A stretch of DNA of 63,145 nt, filler included, from Octopus bimaculoides (lineage: Eukaryota): NCBI RefSeq assembly GCF_001194135.2. It is 7 parts of 7 records of this genome, joined end to end, with 100 filler letters (N's around TTAATTAATTAA, not from the genome) between each part and the next. Parts side by side here need not be neighbours in the genome. Positions count along the whole stretch, not along the records: positions 49,786 to 52,432 come from NC_069007.1; positions 52,533 to 60,710 come from NC_068985.1; positions 60,811 to 63,145 come from NW_026368486.1; 4 more parts are not named here. One strand, given 5' to 3'. Positions 52,394-63,145 of the stretch are shown in pieces. Within the stretch, counting starts at the first letter, position 1. The number at the start of each line of letters is the position of its first letter. The position numbers and the translations under genes are program-made. The notes beneath the pieces were generated by a model. It did no database searches. It saw only the letters and a list, made by a program, of their open reading frames with translations, and was not told the origin of the DNA.

Positions 52394-52432
<39 letters not shown>

Positions 52433-52532
52433 NNNNNNNNNNNNNNNNNNNNNNNNNNNNNNNNNNNNNNNNNNNNTTAATTAATTAANNNNNNNNNNNN
52501 NNNNNNNNNNNNNNNNNNNNNNNNNNNNNNNN
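52433..52532. other. Assembly spacer N44-TTAATTAATTAA-N44
   Basis: Identical 100 bp spacer. Confidence 0.95.
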
Positions 52533-52585
<53 letters not shown>

Positions 52586-53062
52586 TGTGTGTGTGTGTCG
52601 CTTCTGCCTTTTCAATATTTAAATTTTAAAAAATTTTTTGTCCAAAACGCTATCATTGAATTTTCGATTATAGCAATCAAACAGGTATTATGCATTCTTG
52701 TAGCACAACATGATCAAATGAGGGGCTTTAGATCGATTATCGAATATATGTTGATTTATTTCATTTCTCATACCATATCCACTATATTTCTATAAAATGT
52801 TATTATCTCTAATGAATACCTCTTCAATTGAATATTTGAATATTTATAGAAACTATAACCAACTGACCACAACAGGTCTGTTTCGAGCATATGATGTTTT
52901 TGTCAGAGAAGGTTACTAAAGATGGGACTTAACCTGTAAACGTTTTGCTCTTCTTCAATGCAGAAGCTCCTCATTTGAGCTGATTTTAAATGCCAAATTT
53001 CTCTCGGACTACCTACTACCATCTTAAGGGCGAACAAATTGGATAATGAATTCTAAGCCATA

Positions 53063-53306
53063 CTGGCGATCTTACGTTACCAGTTCCAAAGCTGTCACGT
53101 AAACCACGTGTGTCCATTTACATCACATCAGCCTTTTCCGTAAAAGGGTTTTAGGGTTAAGGTTAGGGAATTCCGTCCCTAAACCTAACCGTAACCGTAG
53201 CCCTAACCCTAACCCTAAAACCCTTTTACGGAAAAGGCCGATGTGATGTAAATAAACACACGTGGTTTACGTGACAGCTTTGGAACTGGTAACGTAAGAT
53301 CGCCGG
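53063..53306. mobile_element. 244 bp foldback MITE with TA TSD and internal telomere-like repeats
   Basis: Arms 53063-53168 and 53201-53306 are reverse complements (5 mismatches in 106 bp); TA at 53061-62 and 53307-08; the inner arm ends are ttagggttaaggttaggg / ccctaaccctaaccctaa. Confidence 0.9.
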
Positions 53307-53471
53307 TATACTTTATCCGGTGTCACAACGTGAACACAGGATAATCAGGTTGGTATGATCTTAATAGTAAACCTCCGTGCTCGGTACTGATGCTAAACAA
53401 GAGTAAGAACTGAATTATCAGCAGCTGCAGCTGTAGAAGCAACAGCTGTTTTTTACTTCATCACCTAACTA

Positions 53472-53699
53472 TTGGGTTGTCCGGAAAGTTCGTGCCGATT
53501 TATAGTAGCTTACCTTTCGACTTATTTGCCATGAAACCACCTCAATCCTGGGAAGAGGGAATCTTCAAGTTAAAGGAAAGATGGAGACGCATTGTACAAC
53601 AAAATGGTTCATATTTGGTTGATTTAAAATGTAATGGCAAGTATTTATTGACCCTTTTCTTTCTTTTAAAAATCGGCACGAACTTTCCGGACAACCCAA
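53472..53699 (+). mobile_element. Mariner-derived MITE with perfect 30 bp TIRs
   Basis: ta|ttgggttgtccggaaagttcgtgccgattt ... aaatcggcacgaactttccggacaacccaa|ta; retains the transposase C-terminus KPPQSWEEGIFKLKERWRRIVQQNGSYLVD. Confidence 0.95.
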
Positions 53700-53833
53700 T
53701 AGTATGTCCGTGCCAGATATCTACCTGAACAAGAGCAGCTAGTTTCTATAGATTCTAAAACGAAGAAAAAAAATTTAATAACGGAAGGGCTCTCTGGGAA
53801 GGTTACATTTGATAATATATATAAACATTTTAA

Positions 53834-54030
53834 GGCGGTGAGCTGGCAGAATCGTTACAATGCTGGGCAAAATGCTTCGGAGCATTTCTTCCGTCGCTTG
53901 GTTTTTATTCTTTCGGATTCGATATGATAAGTACCAGCTGAGCATTGGGTCTGATACAATCGACTTACTCGCCCCCCCCCCCATCACCACCACCGAAGTT
54001 TTTGGTCTCGTGCAAAAATTTGAAACAAAT
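53834..54030 (+). mobile_element. SINE family A
   Basis: ggcggtgagctggcagaatcgttac..taagtaccag..aaatttgaaac, with an internal deletion. Confidence 0.85.
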
Positions 54031-54112
54031 TTGAAACTAATATATATAGACGTTATGAAGAAGAAAAAAAAATAAAGAAAAGGGAATGATCTAAGGTTGA
54101 ACGTAATACTGC

Positions 54113-54812
54113 TTTCAAATTTTGGCACAAGTACAGCAGGAACATGGAAGGGAAGAGGTGATTACATCGATGCCTAGTGTACAATTGGTTCTTATTTTAT
54201 CAACACCAAAAAGATGAAAGGCAAAACCAACCTCGGCGGAACTTGAACTCAGAACGCAAAGTCATCGAAATGACGGTAAGCATTTTACCCAGTGAGCTAA
54301 CGATTCTGTTAGCTCACCGACTTAAAGCTCGGACTTGATACAGTAACACGTTGTTCGATCAGGACAATATTCGGACTAAACGACAAATGTCATCCATCTT
54401 ACTATTCTATCCTACTCCAGGCACAAGGCCCGAAATTTTAGAGGAGGGTGGCAGTCGATTAGATCGAATCCAGTACGCAACTGGTACTTAATTTATCGAC
54501 CCCGAAAAGATGAAAGGCAAAGTCAATCTCGGCGGAATTTGAACTCAGAACGTAAAGATAGACGAAATACCGCTAAGCATTTCACCCGGCGTGCTAACGT
54601 TTCTTATTTCTTTATTGCCCACAAGGGGCTAAACAGTGAGGGGACAAACAAGGGCAGACAAAGGGATTAAGTCGATTACATCAACCCCAGTGCGTAACTG
54701 GTACCTAATTTATCGACCCCGAAAGGATGAAAGGCAAAGTTGACCTCAGCGGAATTTGAACTCAGAACGTAACAGAAGACGAAATACTGCTAAGCATTCG
54801 GCTCGCCGCCTT
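54113..54812 (-). mobile_element. Three SINE family A copies (54113-54321, 54415-54600, 54665-54812)
   Basis: Reverse complement of the family A motifs; the latter two copies are close to the consensus. Confidence 0.9.
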
Positions 54813-55252
54813 CGTTATCCATCTTAATATAAAATATGAAAATCAAACAGCTACTCTGGTAGTAGGAAATCGAAGCATCTCTTTATAACATCAAAGCATT
54901 GCTGTCATTGTTTAGATCAAGTCAGCTTCGAATGTTCTATTCGTGATAACCATCAACTGTTCAGTACTGTATAAAGCACTGATATGATCGTTTTCTTTTC
55001 CTTTTCATTTTAATCAGTACGGTAATGTCCAAAAACACTCTTTTCATCACATCTATCATCTTTGTATTTCATCTGTTTTCACCTGGTTTTTTGAAGTAGA
55101 TCACTAATGCTGAGCAAAAGTATTAGGACACAGAATACTGCGTTATTTACCTTGAGAGAACATCTCACATCGGTTTGTGGTGCAGAAAGGCACTCGTAGT
55201 TATATCATTGACAGACGACGTGCACCGTCTGCTACGACCGCCATATATATAT

Positions 55253-55369
<117 letters not shown>

Positions 55370-55371
55370 AA

Positions 55372-55620
55372 GGCTTGTGGCCTAATGGATAGGCTCTTAC
55401 GATCGCTAGATCGTGGATTCGATTCCCAGATCAGGTGGCGAGTTGTGTTCTTGAACAAAACATTTCATTTCACGTTGCTTCAGGGCCCTTTGTCGATCAA
55501 GAGGAAATGTTGGCCTGCTCGCCTAGCCAGCGGAGTGGCATCATGCGATGGCTAAAATGATGCAAAGCGCATTGTGACCAGCGATGAGTAACAACATCTG
55601 ATAATCTGGTCGGTCACATA
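55372..55620 (+). mobile_element. SINE family C
   Basis: ggcttgtggcctaatggatagg..ggattcgattcccag..gttgtgttcttgaacaaaacatttcatttcacgttgct; tRNA-like A and B boxes. Confidence 0.75.
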
Positions 55621-57221
55621 TGAAAGAGAAATTTTGACCATGACTGGAGTGCTTTTATAAAGAAAATATTACTGCTGCTATCGCTGCTACTACCACCACT
55701 ACTGCTGCTGCTGTTATTGCCGCTGTTAATATCATTACAGCGATGACGTCAACAACAAAGTATAATTAGCATTTGAAACAAAACAACTATTAATATCATT
55801 AATAGCGCAACTAATTTATTAATTAGATAATTGAATGAATTTTATTACATCTTTAATAAAAAAATATATATATATAATGAAGAAGAGCCGCTACAAAACC
55901 AACAGCAATAAAGAATAATATCTGCAAGAACACCAACCTATATAAAAACAGCGATATGGTGTGTTTCAGCTTTTGAGGTGAGGCAGCAAATACAAGGATA
56001 TTTCGAAAGCTTGAATGTGTTCGATAAATACACTGTTCTGTTGCATGTGTGCGCGTTAGACGCAAAGTTTAATGCGTGCATTTATCTTTATTTTATAGTA
56101 AATTTTTATAATTTGATTTTTTCATATAATATAAAACTTCAAAATCCTGATGGTGCACCGTGTTGCATTTTGCATCAGAACAGCAGCCTCCACGACTTGC
56201 TTTCTTACTTTTAAGTTTCCAGCTTTCTGCGCAGAAAAATCATTATTCCTACATGTTCAGAGATGTGGCTTTCTACTCTAACTGATCTGGCGCAATGATT
56301 CTCACTCTTGACTCCAGCTACTCAGCACAACTCCAGAATCGTTTTGTGATTTTGGATATCCAAAGAAACACCACCAGACCACATTTTGCCACGCTTTACG
56401 TCAGCGGAGAATACCGGCCCATAATCTGCTACGCATGTGATAATGAACAAAGATCGACGACTACACCGATGTCATTTACAGTGACTCTTTGATTTTCTTC
56501 GTCCTGCATACTGTGAGATTAGTCCTTGGGCTGGTGTACGATTCTGTACCTGACCTTTGTCTCTTCGATTCATCCTCAGTTTAACTTTGTTTTAAAAAAA
56601 TCAGTATATATTGTGCTGTGTGATTCCGTTTGCTCGATGTATAGAACTTCATTTATTGTATCGATCGGGACGTACAGCGATTACTCTTAGGAGGACATGA
56701 GAAGTGCCCCTGTGTCTTTCGATTTGAAGAGATATTCTTTTAGTCTCACTGTTCGGTAACAAAATGAATTGATGATGTACTTATATTAATTACATAACGC
56801 TGCCTAAAATAATTTTTTTTCAGTTAGGCAATTCATATCTAGGAACTACCTACCTGGAGTAACCCCAGTTAATAGAATGAGAGGCCGGAAACGACGATTT
56901 ATTTAATCCTCATCTGAAACTAATATTTTTTGACAAAAAGTGTGTTACATATGTATTTGGTTGTTGTTACTATTCTATCAAAAAATTTGCGTTTTTAAAT
57001 ACTAAACCCACAGCGAGTATATATTTTTTTTTGCTTTAGTATCAGTTTTTCTGTATGTTTTTTAAATTCTGAATTTTTTTTATGTCTGTTTTCGTGCATT
57101 AGAAGATTAAATTACAGTTGTCTTTCAAAGGGTCGTAAAGAGTGCTATCACTTTCTTACTTTTAAGTCTTACTTTCTTTTAGATATAAAAGCTACAGTGA
57201 AAATTATCATAGATAGATACT

Positions 57222-57268
<47 letters not shown>

Positions 57269-57465
57269 AAATAATCGAGAAAATAAAGTGGAGTTTAAAA
57301 TCGACCTTCTGTCTACCTCAAAGTACAGAACGAGACTTGCCGGCGTTTAAAGCATATTTTATTTGTAGAATAATCCTAAAAGGAATAATTTTCATCCAAT
57401 AAAATTTGTGAATTAGCCAATTTCTTCGGAGCCCTCCTCAAGAGACTTCCGTTTACTCGAAAGCA

Positions 57466-57505
57466 CAACAACAACAACAATTACAACTTCTACTACTACT
57501 ACTAC

Positions 57506-57537
<32 letters not shown>

Positions 57538-57692
57538 TAATAATGATAATAAATAATAATAATAATAATAATAATAATAGTAATAATAATAATGATAATA
57601 ATAATGATAATAATGATAATGATAATAATAATATTGATAATGATAATAATAATAATAATAATGATGATGATGATGATAATGATAATGATGTT
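57466..57692. repeat. Compound (CAA)/(CTA)/(TAA)/(TGA) microsatellite
   Basis: Seen directly. Confidence 0.97.
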
Positions 57693-58454
57693 ATTGTTAT
57701 TTACATCGGTACAAGGCCATAAAGTTTCATTGGAGCGGAGGACAGTCAATCTTATTCGGCTGGTACTTAATTTTCTTGATATCGGGTGTATGAAACGCTA
57801 GTGACCTCGGCGAGATTCAACTTGAAGACTTGTAATAGCTCGTAACAAGAAAGAGAATAGCTTGGTTGACACCTCTTTAAAAGAAAGCAATAATTTAATC
57901 TTCGAAACGAACGAAATCAAATCAAATTTAAAACAACAACAACAAAACAAAAAAATATTCATAAGCTGAGAAATTACTTCCCTCTCATACACAAAGCCAC
58001 AGATGTTGGGATTGGTTAACGTCCAATTCAATCAACTAAAACACTTTAACAGGTACGTTTTTATCGATCTGGTAGCAGGACATGTATAAAAATAGCTTTC
58101 ACTATATCGCTTAGTTCTAACGTAGGCAGGAGGCCTGAAATTCTGGGACCAAGGAGCAGTGGATTATATCGAACCGAGTATTTGATTTGCAATAAATTTT
58201 ATCAATCTTAGAATGATGACAGGCGTGATTTAAACTTACATAACGTACTAAAATGCCTTAACTAAATATTCATTTTGTGCGACGCTCCAAACATTCTCTC
58301 AACGCGATGGGCTTGGTAAGGGTAGTGATAACAACAAAAATCTTACTGAACCGATGACAAAAATTTTGTTGGAAGGTAGATTAAAACTTACTATAGATCT
58401 TACTTATATGTATGTATGTTTATACACGCACACACACACACGCGCGCGTGTTTG

Positions 58455-58510
<56 letters not shown>

Positions 58511-58567
58511 TATGTGTGTGTGTGTGTGTATGTATGCATGTATAAAGAGATAAATATAGATGTATCG

Positions 58568-58638
<71 letters not shown>

Positions 58639-58898
58639 CACACATATATATCTATATATATATGCGTCTGTGTGTATAATATATGTGTGTGAGTGCATGC
58701 ATGCGAAGTATCAGTTCATTGAAATGCATCATCCAAATAACATAATTGTTTCGTCCCCGGTTAAATGGTTTCATTCCCTGCTGTATCGAGTTCGTATTAA
58801 TGCACTATTACCTCAGTGATTCATCATTCATTTCTTATACTTCCTCTACGGCAAATATATATTCCCGTACGTGCACTTACGCGAAATTAATCTCTACT

Positions 58899-58941
<43 letters not shown>

Positions 58942-60199
58942 TCACATGTGCAAATAAGCGTATGGACACATCCACCATAATACACCACACACAAACAAGT
59001 ACAGAAAAAAGGTTGCATACAGAAAAATATATATACATACATATATATGTATGTGTGTGTGTGTGTGTGTTCTTTATATATACATATATATNNNNNNNNN
59101 NNNNNNNNNNNNNNNNNNNTATATATATATATATATGAACATAGGTATATTCATACATGCCTGCTTACTGAAATGTAATTTATTATACTGTCGATGATTG
59201 TGATCTAGATCTTGTCACACACCCACTTCACACGCAATTGAAGCGTTGAAATAATCATGTGATTCAAACAGAGTTTAAATACTTAATTTCACGTGTCTAT
59301 TTATTTTTAAAAAAATACATTGCGATTTGTTTCAGTCGAATTGTTTCAATGAGATGTTTATCACAGTATATTCTGTTTTTCATTTTTCTTTTAGTCAGAT
59401 AAGATTCTATAATAGGTATAGATTTATTAACAATATTGGTGTAGAATATACCACTAATCAGATTTAGTTTATAAATTCCTAGATGGATTTTATTGTTCCA
59501 TCACTGGAACATATTGATTTGGGGCGTTATTAGTTAGACAGCTACATGTACTTTTAATGTATCCTTTGGATAGAATATGCGAGTAAGAAATAATGGTCTT
59601 TTGCATTCCAGGTACAGAATCCATCCAACGTGTTTCCACACGATTTTGCTTAACCCATAACCTACCATAATTCTATTAACTGGAATTTGTTTTAATGAAA
59701 CTTTGATTTCTAGCATAAAGCAGCCTTAGAAACACGCTGGAATGATCAAAATAACATTTCAAAATAACATTTTAAATCGAAATAAGCGAGATATTTGGGT
59801 GAAAAATTAGCAAACTTCATTTGAATATCAGAGAAATATACCTAGTAGATATAGCAAAGAGGTTAGATATGTGTAAATATTGACAGATAATTACGAAATT
59901 TGTAATTTTTCAGTGATCGCATATGAGATCACTGGTTGGTAATTGGTTAACACACTTTCTCGTGAGCAAGGTTTAGACCAATTTGAGTCTATAGTAGTAA
60001 GAAATGTTCCCAAACTTTTGAGCAGTTGGAGCGAATCTGCGACCATGATTTCGAGTCAATCTACTTAACCATTCCGCCATACCTGTGCCCATTAAGTAAA
60101 CGGAATACTCGGTTGTCCAGACACGCACAAGCACACGCATACCACCTAACATTCTCTCATCATTAACTCTTTCATTATATCTAAACGGCTATATTTATA

Positions 60200-60530
60200 C
60201 ATAATTATATAACTGGCACCCCGTCGGTTACGACAACGAGGGTTCCAGTTGATCCGATCAACGGAACAGCCAGCTCGTGAAATTAACGTGCAAGTGGCTC
60301 AACACTCCACACACATGTGTACTGTTAATATAGTTCTCAGGGAGATTCAGCGCGACACAGAATGGGACAATGTTGGCCCTATGAACTACAGGTACCACTC
60401 ATTTTTACCATCTGAGTGGATTGGAGCAACATGAAATAAAGTGTTATGTTAAAGGATACACCGTGTCGCCAGGAATTGAACTAACGACCTTAGGATCGAA
60501 TACCCTAACCACTAAGCCACGCGCCTTCAC
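60200..60530 (-). mobile_element. SINE family C, near full length
   Basis: Reverse complement: gtgaaggcgcgtggcttagtggttagggtattcg..gttcaattcctggcgac..cactttatttcatgttgctccaatccactcag..gatcggatcaactggaaccctcg. Confidence 0.85.
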
Positions 60531-60710
60531 ATCATTATATACATGCATACATGCATACATACATACATGCTTGTATGCATGCATACACACACACATATAT
60601 ACATACATACATATATATATACATACTTACATATATATGCTTGCGGCCACTAACATTAATATCTCTCATTAGTATTAATGTTCTTATCTACCTATATATA
60701 TATATATATA

Positions 60711-60810
60711 NNNNNNNNNNNNNNNNNNNNNNNNNNNNNNNNNNNNNNNNNNNNTTAATTAATTAANNNNNNNNNNNNNNNNNNNNNNNNNNNNNNNNNN
60801 NNNNNNNNNN
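60711..60810. other. Assembly spacer N44-TTAATTAATTAA-N44
   Basis: Identical 100 bp spacer. Confidence 0.95.
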
Positions 60811-61013
60811 ATATATATATATATATTTATATGTACGTATGTTACATGTATATATTTGATACACACACAGGCGCGCGCACACGCACACACACACACACAC
60901 ACATATATATATTTTGTGTAATATATGTATTGTATATATGTGTGAGAGTGTGTGTGCATGTGTTGCAGTATATGTATGTGTTAGTTCATGTGAGTGTATG
61001 TGCGTGTACATGT

Positions 61014-61044
<31 letters not shown>

Positions 61045-61099
61045 TGAGAGAAGAGGAGAGGGAGAGAGAGAAAGAAAGAATGTAATTCTAAATATGTAT

Positions 61100-61265
61100 C
61101 CGAATAAGATTCGCTGGGAAAGGTTTACACAAAAGTTTCTCTACAAAATTCATTCACAATGTTGGTCCGAGGCTACAGAAAAAGATACTTGCCCAAGATA
61201 CCGCGCAGTAGAACTGAACCTGAAACCCCGTGGTTGTAAAGCGAGCTCCTTAACCACACAGCCAT
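61100..61265 (-). mobile_element. SINE family B head
   Basis: gatacttgcccaagataccgcgcagtagaactgaacc..ttaaccacacagcc. Confidence 0.7.
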
Positions 61266-61770
61266 GCTGATGTAGAAATTCTCAATAAATTCCGAGTTTG
61301 AGCGTCAAGCGAAAAAGATCTGGTGGGTTAGACGTTTCGAAAGCTGGGTAAAGAATAATTTAAAAATTTGAAATGTCGGAAAAAAAAACCCCAACATTTT
61401 TCGGAATCGTAATCCCTATACTTTTTCTACATTTCGGACCATATCGAATGTTTTCTATCATTTTATAAGACATCAGCAGGGCATGGTTTCAAGATGTGGC
61501 TGTTTTATCTAGCTTGTCGAGTGAGCACATTAACGTCCCCTCACCGCCATGTCGTCTGTTGCTTATCGTTCAGCAGACATCCACACATGCGCAAACGAAT
61601 TATTAAGGTTAGAAAATTTCCAGAAGCTTGATATTGAGTGGGTGTGGGATTTCCCGGAAGCCGATGGCTGGGGGAATATTTTTTAAAATTCAGTTCTGGT
61701 TGGCTCCACCCAGGTGCGGCGTACAAGCTAAGGAGTGAAACGCCTGTTACCCTGATAGAGGAAACGCCTG

Positions 61771-62757
61771 ATACGGACAAGATTCAGGAGTTTCCGTTAA
61801 TAATACGGAAAAAGTTCAGGAGTTTCCGATAATAATACGGAAAAAGTTCAGGAGTTTCCGATAATAATATGGAAAAAGTTCAGGAGTTTCCGATAATAAT
61901 ACGGAAAAGTTCAAGAGTTTCCGATGATAATACGGAAGAAGTTCAGGAGTTTCCGATGATAATACGGAAGAAGTTCAGGAGTTTCCGATGATAATACGGA
62001 AAACGTTCAGGACTTTCCGATGATAATACGGCNNNNNNNNNNNNNNNNNNNNNNNNNNNNNNNNNNNNNNNNNNNNNNNNNNNATAATAATACAGAAGAG
62101 GTTCAGGAGTTTCCGATGATAATACAGAAGAAGTTCAGGAGTTTCCGATAATAATACGGAAGAAGTTCAGGAGTTTCCGATGATAATACGGAAAACGTTC
62201 AGGACTTTCCGATGATAATACGGCAGAAATTCAGGAGTTTCCGATGATAATACAGAAGAGGTTCAGGAGTTTCCGATGATAATACGGAAGAAGTTCAGGA
62301 GTTTCCGATAATAATACGAAAAACGTTCAGGAGTTTCAGATAATAATACGGAAAACGTTCAGGACTTTCCGATAATAATACGGAAGAAATTCAGGAGTTT
62401 CCGATAATAATACAGAAGAGGTTCAGGAGTTTCCGATGATAATACGGAAAACGTTCAGGAGTTTCCGATGATAATACGGAAAACGTTCAGGAGTTTCCGA
62501 TAATAATATGGAAAAAGTTCAGGAGTTTCCGATGATAATACGGAAGAAGTTCAGGAGTTTCGATGATAATACGGAAAACGTTCAGGAGTTCCCGATAATA
62601 ATACGGAAAAGGTTTAGGAGTTTCCGATAATAATACGGAAGAAGTTCAGGAGTTTCCGATGATAATACGGAAAAGGATTAGGAGTTTCCGATAATAATAC
62701 GGAAAAAAGTTCAGGAGTTTCCGATAATAATACGGAAAAAGTTCAGGGATTTCCGAC
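61771..62757. repeat. 32 bp minisatellite, about 30 units including an internal N gap
   Basis: Unit TTCAGGAGTTTCCGAT(A/G)ATAATACGGAA(A/G)A(A/C)G; starts at 61783, 61815, 61847 confirm the period of 32; no spacers. Confidence 0.97.
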
Positions 62758-63145
62758 ATTGCGATGACTTTCGTCACCGCCAAATGGGGAGCTTGCAATA
62801 CTTCTAAGTAGTTCGGACAATTTTTGTTTGGGCAAAACATCTCTGATGTTTAAACATATGTTGCCATTCGCATGCAGGTTAGAGAAGTATGTAATACGTA
62901 TCTATCAGTCTATGTATGTATATGTATAGGTGTGTGCGTGTGTACATGTGTCTATATGTATCTGCCCATGCAGTCATAAACGAAGGTCAATGAACCTTTG
63001 CCATTCCCCTGCGCAAGAATTTATTCAAAACGTCTTGCATTCGTCTTACTTCTGTGTATGTAATTGCCTGTGTGTGTGGGTACACATATTAATACATATA
63101 TATATGCACACACACATACATACACGTGAAACTCTTCTCATATAT

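Noticed and set aside
53140-53225. Ancestral telomere-telomere chromosome fusion site
   Set aside because: Only a few repeat units are present, and the inverted symmetry extends about 80 bp further out to a TA duplication, which fits a MITE better.
61771-62757. CRISPR-like array (32 bp partly palindromic repeat)
   Set aside because: Units are directly adjacent with no unique spacers, there are no cas genes, and the context is eukaryotic.

Overview
Eukaryotic, very AT-rich, microsatellite-saturated DNA with many N gaps. The SINE families and the (AT)n/(CATA)n/(CA)n/(TAA)n load look like a cephalopod, probably Octopus (inferred from recalled repeat sequences, not from a search). I recognise no intact host protein-coding gene, rRNA, true tRNA or CRISPR array; most listed ORFs are translated microsatellites or gaps. 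What can be supported is a transposable-element graveyard. Retroelements: R4/Dong-type RLE non-LTR fragments, a 2.8 kb RTE/BovB-like LINE, Tx1/L1, CR1/L2 and Penelope fragments, and many copies of three tRNA-like SINE families. DNA elements: three DD34D mariners, a DD37D (maT-like) element, a mariner MITE, a hAT derivative and two long-armed foldback MITEs. The first 6.3 kb is a mosaic of local duplications, including one inverted copy, with splice-signal-bounded segments that may be a decayed gene. The most unusual items are a 244 bp foldback element carrying head-to-head TTAGGG-like repeats (53063-53306), R4/Dong copies that repeatedly abut (CATA)n or (TAA)n microsatellites, and a 32 bp hairpin-unit minisatellite with higher-order structure (61771-62757). 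I found no convincing evidence of a novel multi-gene system.
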